DNA from: Spirochaetia bacterium | Lineage (GTDB): Bacteria; Spirochaetota; Spirochaetia; DSM-2461 | Direction of reading: 5' to 3' | Length of the DNA: 64,000 nucleotides | NCBI GenBank assembly: GCA_963666985.2 | Contig: CAXXIA010000002.1 | Coordinates: 64,001 to 128,000 of the forward strand | Shown here: positions 1 through 9,867 of the stretch, piece by piece | Layout: every line of letters starts with the position of its first letter | Numbering within the stretch: position 1 is the first letter of the stretch | Notes under the pieces: generated by a model | The model's database searches: none | The model's input: the letters and a program-made list of their open reading frames with translations, nothing else | Told to the model about the DNA's origin: nothing | Made by a program: the position numbers and the translations under genes

Positions 1-709
1 GATATCCTCAGGTTTCACATCGACTTCAATATCGTCGTCGAAAACAGGCGAAACATAGACCGAAGCGAAAGAGGTATGGCGGCGGCCGGCCGAATCAAAG
101 GGGCTGATCCGCACCAGCCGATGGATGCCGCCCTCGCCTTTAAGCAGACCATGGGCGTAATCTCCGTCGATTTGAAGGTCCACCGACTTGATGCCTCCCT
201 CGGCTTCCTGCATGTCAAGAAGGGTCATTTTAAATCCCCGGCGTTCCACCCAGCGGCCGTACATCCGGTAGAGCATCGCCGCCCAATCACAGGACTCGGT
301 GCCGCCGGCACCGGAATGAATGGTTAAAAAGGCGCAGGCCGCATCGGTTTCTTCGCCGAGCAGTTCCAGAATACGAAGCTTCCCGTAGGATTCCTTCAGC
401 GATTCGGCGGCTTCCTCGATTTCCGCGAACATTCCTTCATCGCCGGCTTCCAGGGCCAAAGCGAAAAGCGTCTGGAGATCTTCCAATTCGGCCGCGAGTT
501 CGTCCCAGGGCTCATACCTGGCCTTAATTCTTTTCAGTTCGGCCATGGCCTTCTCGGCCTTTTCCCGATCGTCCCAAAATCCGGGTTCACCGGAAGAGGC
601 TTCGAGATTCCGCGCCTGTTCTTTCAGACCGGAGGAGTCAAAGACGCCTCCATGTGTCGAGAATATCCTTTTCGAGGGATTTCACCATGGGATTCAAATC
701 GTTAAGCAT
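1..709 (-). CDS. prfB: Peptide chain release factor 2; programmed +1 frameshift; 3' end runs off the window
   Basis: ATG at 709 gives MLNDLNPMVKSLEKDILDTWRRL, then CTT TGA C. The +1 frame continues DSSGLKEQ...PGFWDDREKA...HSGAGGTESCDWA...GIHRLVRISPFDSAGRRHTSFAS (SPF anticodon motif of RF2) and is open to base 1. Confidence 0.97.
637..651 (-). promoter_or_regulatory. RF2 autoregulatory +1 frameshift site
   Basis: The minus strand reads GGAGG CGT CTT TGA C: an internal Shine-Dalgarno 3 nt before the canonical CTT-TGA-C slippery site. Confidence 0.95.
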
Positions 710-996
710 TAGGTCCTCTCTTCCTGTTCGCGGATTGTAACACGGCGCCATCGTTTTTCGTTCAAAGACGTAATGGCCATCGTGTCTTCCACGGGATACT
801 GATAAAAACGGATCGAATCGTAAAAATCTGTGGCCCGGTCCAGATCGACCTTAAGACGGCTGAGTCTCTTTTCATCCACAGATGTCGATTCAAACACGCC
901 TTTCTGCACCTGCCGGAAGCCGTATCGGAACAACAATCCCGTCACCGCCTTAAGGCTGTCTTCATTTCCCAAATCCAGGACTACGGCGACGAACAT
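709..996 (-). CDS. Orphan Cas2-like (Cas2/VapD ferredoxin-fold) protein, 95 aa
   Basis: Hydrophobic first strand ending in Asp8 (MFVAVVLD), 'LFRYGFRQVQKGVFE' resembling Cas2 'L..yG.rvQ.SVFe', 'DSIRFY' resembling 'Ds.r.y', and Cas2-like size. Stop overlaps the prfB start (TAATG). Confidence 0.7.
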   Translation of the reverse strand: MFVAVVLDLGNEDSLKAVTGLLFRYGFRQVQKGVFESTSVDEKRLSRLKVDLDRATDFYDSIRFYQYPVEDTMAITSLNEKRWRRVTIREQEERT

Positions 997-1000
997 TCCC

Positions 1001-1366
1001 CTACCCTATCGATGCATCGGGCTCATCGTCAAGGCTCGCGAATTCCCGTACGTTCGGAAGAGAAACGAAAGTTTCAAAGGCGCTTTCAACATCTTCCAGA
1101 TACCGGAGGTAATCACCTGTCCGATCCTTTCCCGCCAGTTCCAGTTCCAGGGCCGCCAAATAGAGCCGCCTGGCGCCGCAGGCTCCGGCCGAACCCTTAA
1201 TTTTATGCGCGATTTTCGAAATATCGGCATCATTTCCTTCGTCCACCGCTTGTTTAGCGAGTTCCATCATGGGCGGTAAATCTTCGAGGGTGAACCTGAT
1301 AACCTGACCGAGGAGATTTCTGTCGCCGACGGTTCTCGTCAGGGCGTCCTCTTCATCGAAGTCCAT
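1001..1366 (-). CDS. Stand-alone Hpt (histidine phosphotransfer) domain protein
   Basis: AHKIKGSAGACGA Hpt motif. The ATG at 1366 overlaps the upstream stop (TGATG); TTG at 1369 is an alternative start. Confidence 0.9.
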   Translation of the reverse strand: MDFDEEDALTRTVGDRNLLGQVIRFTLEDLPPMMELAKQAVDEGNDADISKIAHKIKGSAGACGARRLYLAALELELAGKDRTGDYLRYLEDVESAFETFVSLPNVREFASLDDEPDASIG

Positions 1367-3153
1367 CAATTGCTTCCCTTCTTCTTCTCGTATGCCGACC
1401 GAAATTCATTCCAGGCCTGCTCCTGCTGCCGCAGGGAATAGCGCGACTTGGCTTTTCCCGCCAGCTTGCGCCGGCGAACGGCATCATCCAGTATGCTCAC
1501 GGAACCTATTTCCCGAGCCTGATAAGGCTTCGGCACCTCTTCATACGAAAGGGAGCCGGTCGAAGAATCCCGGTTCTTGTTCGGTGTTTTCTTTACGGCC
1601 TCTTCATCGGCAAGGCCAAGGGTTTGAACATAGCTCTCGAACCGGCCGAACATTTTCAGAATCATCCGCCTGAGCCAGGAAAGGCGGCGGAAAGCCTCGG
1701 CGAAAAGAACTCTCGGCGGCAGATTAAAAAGCTGATCGGGCTCCTTGAACCGAATCGAACCGCCGATGAAATACTTCTCAAGAACGGATTTCACCTTGGT
1801 CATGTCGGAAACCTTCATGACTTTCGTCGCGTAATGGATCATTCCTTCGGAAACAAGGCGCGGTTTGGAGAGAAGATCCGAAAGAACGGGGAATTCCTCA
1901 CTCAGACGCATCCTGACATCCTCGCGAAACGCACCAAGTCCCGCAAAGGCGGTAATCCGATCCTTATTATTCGTCCTTAAAATCCGCTCGATCATATCCA
2001 AATAGAATCCGCGCAGTTCAACCGAAGCCTCCTTATGGCGTGCGATGAACAGCGGATACACATGGTCGCGGTAGAGATAATCCTCTCCGACGTTCACCAC
2101 CGCCGGAAGACCGGTTCGGCCGGAATACCGCATATAATGCTCAATGAACAGTTCTTTCAGTTCCGGCCAAGCCGAATAAGGTTCGAATTGGGCGTCGAAT
2201 TCCGCGGGGGTTGTTAAAAAATCGTTCTTCTTCGCCAATTGTCCCAGGATGGTTTGTATCGCCTCGCGCTTTTCGCTCTCCTGTTCTTTAAGCCGCTCGG
2301 CATCGTTCAGTTCGTTTCTCGTGTACGTTTTTAAAATCTTCGCGGAAATAATCAAATCCGGCGACAGGTTGGCCTTTTTCGCAAGAAGATCTTCCCTGTG
2401 AATCACGATGATATCCGAAAGACGGCTCCAAAATTCATTCTCGTTGCGGGAAAGCGACGTTTTCAGACTGGAAACAACCGTTCCGAGCATTTTGGCCAAA
2501 ATGGGCTGCAGAGGGCTGTCGGAAAGAATATCCCTGATTTTCAGACGGGCGGCATCCATCATTACAGGAAGAGCGGCGGGAGTAACGATAAGACTTTTCC
2601 CGTCCAGATCCGGAAGAGCATACAAGGCGACCTTGTCCTCATTCTTCCTGATGAACTCTCCGTTGATTTCCGCCAAAGAAAGCGGCTGCAGGTTTTCGGA
2701 AGGGAAACCGGCGCGTTTTTTCATCATGGAGAAAGTGGGGAAAGGAGAACTGCCGGAGGCTCGGCAGGCATGCCACTTGTTCTCCACCAGCCAATACCAA
2801 AATCTGTAGGAGTCCCGGTCGGTCAGGATAATCCTGTCCTTCTCCAGTTCACTTCCCCGGCAAACTTCCGTGATAAGACCGCAGTTTCCCTTTTCCAGAT
2901 GCGTCATGAGAGTATGAAGCGTCGCTTCGACGTTCAGATACTCATGTCCCGCTTTCGCGAGAAACTTAATATAGGGTATGTCCGGTTCCCAGATATCACA
3001 GAGCCGGCTGAACATCGTCCGGTGTTCTTCACCGAAATGCCCGAGCTGTGAAAGAAACTCATCCCGGCCGACTCTGTCCAGACGAAAATACGTCGGCATT
3101 TCCGGTTGATTTCTCGGCGGAACATTGTCCGACTGATCAAGGTTCATCACCAC
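1366..3153 (-). CDS. Hypothetical protein, about 595 aa, predicted soluble and helical
   Basis: Long ORF coupled to the Hpt gene; no motif recognised; start codon uncertain. Confidence 0.75.
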   Translation of the reverse strand: MVMNLDQSDNVPPRNQPEMPTYFRLDRVGRDEFLSQLGHFGEEHRTMFSRLCDIWEPDIPYIKFLAKAGHEYLNVEATLHTLMTHLEKGNCGLITEVCRGSELEKDRIILTDRDSYRFWYWLVENKWHACRASGSSPFPTFSMMKKRAGFPSENLQPLSLAEINGEFIRKNEDKVALYALPDLDGKSLIVTPAALPVMMDAARLKIRDILSDSPLQPILAKMLGTVVSSLKTSLSRNENEFWSRLSDIIVIHREDLLAKKANLSPDLIISAKILKTYTRNELNDAERLKEQESEKREAIQTILGQLAKKNDFLTTPAEFDAQFEPYSAWPELKELFIEHYMRYSGRTGLPAVVNVGEDYLYRDHVYPLFIARHKEASVELRGFYLDMIERILRTNNKDRITAFAGLGAFREDVRMRLSEEFPVLSDLLSKPRLVSEGMIHYATKVMKVSDMTKVKSVLEKYFIGGSIRFKEPDQLFNLPPRVLFAEAFRRLSWLRRMILKMFGRFESYVQTLGLADEEAVKKTPNKNRDSSTGSLSYEEVPKPYQAREIGSVSILDDAVRRRKLAGKAKSRYSLRQQEQAWNEFRSAYEKKKGSN

Positions 3154-3316
3154 CCCTCACCGTATCTTTCCCGCGCTCCTTCTTCTTCCTGTACCGTTCG
3201 GAACGCCACTTCGGAATAATATTCAAAAGAGAACGGAGGATAAGCATGAGTCCGACGAAAAAAAGCAGGGATACCAATACTTTCTGCACGAAACCATGAT
3301 AGCCCTACCGGCGCCT

Positions 3317-5617
3317 TCAAGACAATGAAATCTCCCAACAGCGATGCGCCTTTCCCCGTTTGGCAAAATCAGGATGCAGAGTTTCCCGCGTTATCTCACT
3401 AATTTTTAAGTCCTTCTTCAATATCGGATCGATGGTAAATCCCCGAAAATTTTCCGAAAAGTATATCGTTCCGCCCGGATTCAGCTTCTTCGCGGCAAAA
3501 CGGATAAGCGGAGCGTGATGTTCCTGTACCGACCAATCCTTTCTTCCGGCGCCGTTCGAATACGTCGGAGGATCGATGAAAATCATATCGAAGGACTCCT
3601 TCGTATTTTTTAAATAGTCGAACGCATCGGATTTCACGAAGGAATGAGAACGCGAATCAAGCCGATTGAGTTTCATGTTCTCCCCGGCCCAATCCAGATA
3701 CGTATTGGACACATCAACGCTGACCGTCCGCGAGGCGCCTCCCGCGGCGGCCATCACCGTTGAGGTTCCCGTATAAGCGAAAAGATTGAGGAAACGGCCC
3801 TTACCGATTTTCTCGCGAATCACGGCCCGAAGAGGCCGGTGATCCAAAAAAATCCCGGTATCCAGATAATCGGTGAAATTCACCAGAAACCGCGAACCGT
3901 TCTCCCTGATAATGAACTTCTCCCCTTTTGAGCCCATCTTCCCGTAGGGCCTGATTCCCTTCTGCCGCGTTTTCAGAAAAAGATTCTCCTCTTCGCATCC
4001 GGTTGTTTCCAACAAAACGGCGATGAGCGTGTTCAGACGTCTGCGGGCTTTCTCGCTCGGAACCTTCCCCGGAGCGGCGAATTCCTGAACATGGAGCCAG
4101 CGGTGCTCATACCAATCCACCGCCGCGTTGAACTCCGGCATGTCCGCGTCCCAGATACGAAAAGACGAAACATCGGTTTTTGCGGCCCACTTTTCCAGAG
4201 CGTCGAGATTCCGCAGAAGAGCCTTCTTCAATGAGGGCGCTTTGGGATCGGGAAGCAGAGACTTATCCGCATCCGGAGAATCATTCGTTGACGGATGACC
4301 CCCGAAGCCGCCGCGGGAATCCCTTCCCCGAAGCGCGCCTTGGGGCGCACGGCCGTCCGTACCGCGGGAAGCATTTTTCGCCGCGAAAGATTCGGCCGAA
4401 CCGCGGCCCGCCCCTTCCGCCGGCCCGGAGAAGGCGCCCTCGGATAAGGCATCCGCCGATTTCCCGCTCGGAACAGCAAGCCTCCGATACACGGCCAGAG
4501 TTAAGTCCAGACCGCCGCTCACCGTTGAAAGATAAACATCGGCGCGCAGATGAGTCTCGGCGGCCGTCTTCCTGTCGGGTGCCAGAACGGACATAAGCCA
4601 TCCGGCGGGCAGCTCCCGGAACAGATCGCCCAGGGCGTTATACACCGGTTCGGGCGCCTCAGCGGTCCGCACCCCGTAAGGCGGGTCCGCGCACACCAGG
4701 CCGCTCTCGGCCGTCGGCCACTTCTGCGGACGGCCCTTTCCGATATCATGAAGTTCCAGCCGAACAAGAGAGGAAAGACCGGCTCTGCGAAGATTCGCCT
4801 TGGCCGTCCGAAGGGCCGCCGGATTCGAATCAAAACCCACCATGGGCGGCAAATCCGTCAGCCCCTCTCCGTAGCGTACCGAAGCGTCCCGGGAAAGCTT
4901 CAGCCACAAATCCTTATCGTGACGGATTAAGGCGTCGAATCCCCATCGGGTCCGCCGGGCACCCGGAGGCAGACCCGCGGCCATAATCGCGGCCTCGGCA
5001 AGCAGTGTTCCGCTGCCGCAGACCGGATCCACAAAAGCTCCGCCGCCATCGGCGATTTCACGCCATCCTGATAATCCGAGAACGGCCGCGGCCGCCGTTT
5101 CCCTGAGCACGGCCTCCGTTCTCTCCAGCCGATAGCCCCGTTCATGAAGGGGAGGACCGGACCAATTGAGGAACACCGCGGCCTCTCTGCCGTCCCAGCG
5201 CGCCTCAATCCGTATATCGGGATTCCTGCGGTCCACCGGCGGCCGTTTGCCCAAAACCTTGTTGAACCGGTCGGCAACCGCATCCTTCAAACGCAGCACG
5301 GCGAACCGCGGATCTCTGTCGCGGGGAACACCGTTCACCCGGCAGGCAAAACTTGCCTCGGGTGGAAATTCTTTTTCCCAGGGATGAGAAAGGGCCAGCC
5401 GGTAGAGTTCATCCTCATCGGCGGCCGGACCCGAGGTGAGTTCCATCAAGAGCCGGGAGGCCGTCGCCGATTCCAGACAAACCTTATAAGCCGAAGCCAA
5501 ATCTCCCTGAAAATGAGCCCCCCGGGAGCCGGCCTCTGCCGATGAGAGGCCGATTCGCCGGAGTTCTCCGGCGAGAAGCTCTTCGGCACCGGGAGGACAA
5601 GGTGCGAAAAAATTCAA
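3317..5617 (-). CDS. rlmL: Bifunctional 23S rRNA methyltransferase RlmKL (m2G2445/m7G2069)
   Basis: THUMP-like N-terminus, LHERGYR, DPVCGSGT and DPPYG in the RlmL half; NFTDYLDTGIFLDHR, FLNLFAYTG and IFIDPPT in the RlmK half. TTG start abuts the upstream TAA. Confidence 0.93.
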   Translation of the reverse strand: MNFFAPCPPGAEELLAGELRRIGLSSAEAGSRGAHFQGDLASAYKVCLESATASRLLMELTSGPAADEDELYRLALSHPWEKEFPPEASFACRVNGVPRDRDPRFAVLRLKDAVADRFNKVLGKRPPVDRRNPDIRIEARWDGREAAVFLNWSGPPLHERGYRLERTEAVLRETAAAAVLGLSGWREIADGGGAFVDPVCGSGTLLAEAAIMAAGLPPGARRTRWGFDALIRHDKDLWLKLSRDASVRYGEGLTDLPPMVGFDSNPAALRTAKANLRRAGLSSLVRLELHDIGKGRPQKWPTAESGLVCADPPYGVRTAEAPEPVYNALGDLFRELPAGWLMSVLAPDRKTAAETHLRADVYLSTVSGGLDLTLAVYRRLAVPSGKSADALSEGAFSGPAEGAGRGSAESFAAKNASRGTDGRAPQGALRGRDSRGGFGGHPSTNDSPDADKSLLPDPKAPSLKKALLRNLDALEKWAAKTDVSSFRIWDADMPEFNAAVDWYEHRWLHVQEFAAPGKVPSEKARRRLNTLIAVLLETTGCEEENLFLKTRQKGIRPYGKMGSKGEKFIIRENGSRFLVNFTDYLDTGIFLDHRPLRAVIREKIGKGRFLNLFAYTGTSTVMAAAGGASRTVSVDVSNTYLDWAGENMKLNRLDSRSHSFVKSDAFDYLKNTKESFDMIFIDPPTYSNGAGRKDWSVQEHHAPLIRFAAKKLNPGGTIYFSENFRGFTIDPILKKDLKISEITRETLHPDFAKRGKAHRCWEISLS

Positions 5618-8600
5618 TTACTTCTCCAGATAGAATTCCACGCGGCGGTTTCTCCAGCGCTCATCAAGATCGCTGTGCGGAACGATGGGCCTCTCACCGC
5701 CGATTCCTTCGGCAGTCAGACGGTTGGCGCCGATGCCCCTGGCACGCAGTTCATTCACCACGGTCTGAGCCCTTGATTTCGAGAGCGGAATAAGGATGTC
5801 CTTCTGCTCACGCGCCGCGGCCGCGGGATCCGCCCAATTCAGACTGACCGCATGTCCTTCGACAACGATGCGGTAGCTGCCGTACTTCTTCATGATTTCC
5901 GCCAATCGGTCAAGGACTTTCTTATTCTTTTCTCCTTCCTCTCCGGTCAGCGTCAGTTCCGGAGATGAGGGCTGGAAGGTGATGTTGTTGATAAGAATCT
6001 TCAGCCGATCGCCTTCGCGCATCACCAGCACATCAACCGCGATTTCTCCTTCCTTCACGGAACTCTGTCCGAGCACATCGGTCACCGTCAGCACGTAGGG
6101 ATAATCTTCGGCGGACTCCACCAATTCGCCCCGACCGCTTCGTCCGTCCCAAATAATCCTTTCGGACGGACGTCCGCGTCCCGAGAACGAGATGAATTCC
6201 TTCCCGCGCGGATCGGAAATCACCAGATTCCAATCCTGGATTCGAGAACGGTCTTCCACGGTCAGTCCGATGACGGCCTCATCATCCACATTATCGCCGT
6301 CCGGGCTGAAGGGCTGAGGAGTCACATTCACCGTTACCTCCGGCGGACTTCCGTCGGAAACGAAACTCCGCGACTCTGCCGTCGGCCGGGCGCCTTTATG
6401 ATAGGCCACCTCGAGAACTCCTTTGAAAACTCCTTCGGAAGGAGAGCCGGAGACGTCGGTGCCGTTCCATGTAAATTTCTCCGGCACCGAAGAGGCGCCG
6501 CTGCGCGTTACGGCCGCCCTTCCCCTCTCGTCAACGATGGAGAAGGTCCAAGAATCAATGCCGTCCTTATTGGGCACCACCGCGGTGAAACTCTGGATTT
6601 TCTCCGGATCCGTTTCACCGGCCTTAATGTACCCTTGAGACGCCGTCAGATACACGGGAACCGGAGCGGTATCGATTCGAATTCCTCTGATACTTTTTTG
6701 TGTTTCATTTCCCGCCGAATCAACACCGGAAACCTCGTAGGAATAGTCTCCGTCGGATAAGGCGTTGCCCGAATCGTCGGTTCCGTCCCACGTGAAGGAA
6801 TCAAGACGTTCGCTCCATACCCAGGTTCGGACGGTTTTTCCCGCCGAATCGACGACTTTCGCGGCGAAGGAAACCTCTTTGGAAGAAGACTGCGATATCG
6901 GCAGAAGATCCTTGCTTCCGTCACCGTCGGGACTGAACAGTTTGTCCGCTATCGAAAGCTCAATCGTCGGCGGCTGCGTATCCACCGTCACCGGACCCGC
7001 GGAGGCCTTGGCGATATCACCCTTCTCGTAGCGAACCGTCAGTTCCGCCGAATACGGCCCGTCCGGTACCGCGTTGCGATCGGCCGCCCGGCCGTTCCAC
7101 ACCACGCTGTCCGGAGGCAACCCCTTACCGTCCCAAGATCGGACTTCACTTCCGCCGGAGTTCTTCATTATCAGCTTCCAATCGCTGATGGGAGAATCAC
7201 TGCGGGCCTCCATGAACAGAGTCAGTTCATCGTTGACTCTGTTGCCCGTCGGGCCGAAAACATCATGGGAAGCGGTCAGCGTCGCTTCTACGGCGCTGGT
7301 GTTCACCTCCACCATAACCGGTTTTGAGCGTCCGCTGTTTCCCGCTCTGTCGGTTGATTCAAGAACATACGAATAGACTCCGTCGGGAACAAGACGTCCC
7401 GCCGCATCCCGGCCGTCCCATCGCAAATCGCCCTCCACCGAGGCAATCCACGTCCATCTTTTGACTTCCTCGCCGGCGGCGTTCTTCAATATTCCGTTCC
7501 ATTTGTCTTCGCGCGATGTACTCATGCTGAACGTCACGGCCGAACGGAGACTCTCACCCTGCGGTGAAAAGAGTGCGTAATCAACATTCACCGCTGCCGA
7601 GGGAGGAGTTACGTCCACGATAAAGGACGGAGAAATTACTTGAGGCTGATATCCGTTTCCATATTCCACATGGAAGCGTCCGGTGTATTCCCCCTCGGGA
7701 ACAATACGGCCCGAATCATCACGTCCGTCGAACTCCACCTTCTCGGGAAGGGCCGGTCCCTGCCGCCTGGACCAGGAACGGACGGCCGAACCGGAGGAAT
7801 TCAGAATATCGAGACGCCAATCGACGATGCCGTTCTTTACGGGAACCATGGCCGTCAGACCGACCGCCGATACGGGGCTGGCCGTCCCCGGTGAAAAAAC
7901 CGCCTTATCGATGGAAAGTCCCACCTCGGGCTGACGCGTATCGATGATAATCCCGTCAATAGAAGCTTCGGACGAATTTCCGGCCAAGTCGGTGCAGGCC
8001 AGTTTGTAGCCGTACACACCGTCCATAACCATTTCACCGGAGCCGGCGGTACCGTCCCAATCGAAAGATTCGGGAGCGGATTCGTTCCAGGACCATTCCC
8101 GAACACTCACGCCGGAGGCGTCCGTGAAGGCCGCCGCCCAAAGATGCTCTTCGCTTCCGGATTGTTCGATACGGAAGGTATCCTTCAAACCGTCGGCGTC
8201 GGGGCTGAAAATCAAATCCAGTCCCTCCGGAGAATCCAAGGTAAGTTCCGGATCAACGGTATCCACAACAACGGGGAAAGGTCCCGCTTTGCCGACATTG
8301 TCGTTATCGTCCCGGAACGTCATATAAACCGAATAGTCGCCGTCGGGGGCCATGGAACCGGCATCGGTCACCCCGTCCCACCGAAGCGACTCGGGCAGAG
8401 CCGTTCCCGTCATCGGTGAAACCAAACGCGACCAAAGATTCTTAACCGTCTCGTTTTCCGGACGTTCATCTTTATTCACGTAGGTTCTCGCCACAGAGCC
8501 TTCGGAATCAACGATACGCCATTCGTATGATGTGACGAAACGCTCATCCTCCACGCCGTAGGGAATCAAGAGTTCATCCTGAATTCCGTCATAATTCGGT

Positions 8601-9652
8601 GAAATATATTGCGGCGGATCGTAATCAACTTCCACCGTCGGCGGATTTTCATCCCGAACGCCGAACGGCAGAGTTACGCCGCCCGAAAAAGCCCAAACAC
8701 CGGCATACAGCGGCGCCGCGGCAAGCTGGATATCGATTTCAGTGGTTTGAATGCGGTCCTCGTCGTCGACATTCCCGCCTTTTGAGCCACCGAGAGGGAA
8801 ATGGAGCCCAATCGCCGCCGAAGGAATAATGGTTTCCCAGGAACCGTCGAAAGCGTCCCTCAAATCAAGAGACGAGGAAACCGAGAGTCTTGCGATATCG
8901 CCGAAATACAAATCGCTGGCCACACCGGCCCACAAATCGGTAATCGACGGAGAGCGCACATCGCCCCGGAAGGTCCAGGTAAATTTCTTTGCGTCCGCGA
9001 TATCGAAAGCAATCCCCAATGCGGGTGTGATGTTTCCCGGTATCGCATTAAAGTATCCTCGGCTGGAAGAACCGAACCGGTAGCCGAGTCCCGTAAGGCT
9101 CGCGCCCCATCGGAAGTTTTTCAGTCCGCCGAAGGTATCGGGGAAATGGAGGAATCCGATATTCAGCGCCCCGCCTCCCTGTAATTCTCCGTCGAGGTTT
9201 CCCAAATCACCGACTAATCCGGCGCCGAACCAGACATCCGAATAGATTTCCTTGGAAAAGGCGAACGTAACTCTTCCGGAAGTTCCCAAATCCATGGGCG
9301 TTCCCTCGTAAGCCGATGTGTCGAGGAAACCGAAACCCGTTGTTACGACTCCCACCTTCGTGGGAACGGCCAGTGCGAGATTTATCGCATGTCCCATTCC
9401 GTCGGCATCCGTGCCGAGAGCCTGGAGATTCGAATAATTCACATCGAGAATGATGCGCTGAAATCCGGCGGCCGAAGCCGGATTTAAATAGACTCCCTGG
9501 GGAGTGGATATCCTGGTAAGATGCGCGCCGCCGCCCAAATACTCAGGAGAAACGGTTCTATAAGCCAATTCTCCCGCCGATGGGGCAACCTGAGCGGCTG
9601 CGAACGCGGCAGCAAAGAGGACGAGGAGACAAACGAGGATATGACGTTTCAT
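5618..9652 (-). CDS. Secreted/outer-envelope protein: beta-barrel-like N-terminus, 8 FlgD-type Ig-like repeats, C-terminal OmpA peptidoglycan-binding domain
   Basis: Signal peptide. Repeated FSPxxD...WDG.D..G..V.DG.Y...(I/V)DT..P units. C-terminus VEGHA...LSKSRAQTV...GIGGERPI...RNRRVEF. Confidence 0.88.
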   Translation of the reverse strand: MKRHILVCLLVLFAAAFAAAQVAPSAGELAYRTVSPEYLGGGAHLTRISTPQGVYLNPASAAGFQRIILDVNYSNLQALGTDADGMGHAINLALAVPTKVGVVTTGFGFLDTSAYEGTPMDLGTSGRVTFAFSKEIYSDVWFGAGLVGDLGNLDGELQGGGALNIGFLHFPDTFGGLKNFRWGASLTGLGYRFGSSSRGYFNAIPGNITPALGIAFDIADAKKFTWTFRGDVRSPSITDLWAGVASDLYFGDIARLSVSSSLDLRDAFDGSWETIIPSAAIGLHFPLGGSKGGNVDDEDRIQTTEIDIQLAAAPLYAGVWAFSGGVTLPFGVRDENPPTVEVDYDPPQYISPNYDGIQDELLIPYGVEDERFVTSYEWRIVDSEGSVARTYVNKDERPENETVKNLWSRLVSPMTGTALPESLRWDGVTDAGSMAPDGDYSVYMTFRDDNDNVGKAGPFPVVVDTVDPELTLDSPEGLDLIFSPDADGLKDTFRIEQSGSEEHLWAAAFTDASGVSVREWSWNESAPESFDWDGTAGSGEMVMDGVYGYKLACTDLAGNSSEASIDGIIIDTRQPEVGLSIDKAVFSPGTASPVSAVGLTAMVPVKNGIVDWRLDILNSSGSAVRSWSRRQGPALPEKVEFDGRDDSGRIVPEGEYTGRFHVEYGNGYQPQVISPSFIVDVTPPSAAVNVDYALFSPQGESLRSAVTFSMSTSREDKWNGILKNAAGEEVKRWTWIASVEGDLRWDGRDAAGRLVPDGVYSYVLESTDRAGNSGRSKPVMVEVNTSAVEATLTASHDVFGPTGNRVNDELTLFMEARSDSPISDWKLIMKNSGGSEVRSWDGKGLPPDSVVWNGRAADRNAVPDGPYSAELTVRYEKGDIAKASAGPVTVDTQPPTIELSIADKLFSPDGDGSKDLLPISQSSSKEVSFAAKVVDSAGKTVRTWVWSERLDSFTWDGTDDSGNALSDGDYSYEVSGVDSAGNETQKSIRGIRIDTAPVPVYLTASQGYIKAGETDPEKIQSFTAVVPNKDGIDSWTFSIVDERGRAAVTRSGASSVPEKFTWNGTDVSGSPSEGVFKGVLEVAYHKGARPTAESRSFVSDGSPPEVTVNVTPQPFSPDGDNVDDEAVIGLTVEDRSRIQDWNLVISDPRGKEFISFSGRGRPSERIIWDGRSGRGELVESAEDYPYVLTVTDVLGQSSVKEGEIAVDVLVMREGDRLKILINNITFQPSSPELTLTGEEGEKNKKVLDRLAEIMKKYGSYRIVVEGHAVSLNWADPAAAAREQKDILIPLSKSRAQTVVNELRARGIGANRLTAEGIGGERPIVPHSDLDERWRNRRVEFYLEK

Positions 9653-9867
9653 CTAAGAACCTCCGATTTTTCTAATTGTATATCATGAAAGCGGCGGAAT
9701 CCCCAGAACAGGCATTTTTCGACAATCAAACTTGAACGACTGCTGTAGAGACCGATACTTTTCGGCCGATAAGTAAAGAATGAGAGAACGGAACAACGGA
9801 ACGTCGGTCTCCTCATAATTACAGCCGGATACAATTATATGATAAATGCCGTGAGCGGAGCCAACCT

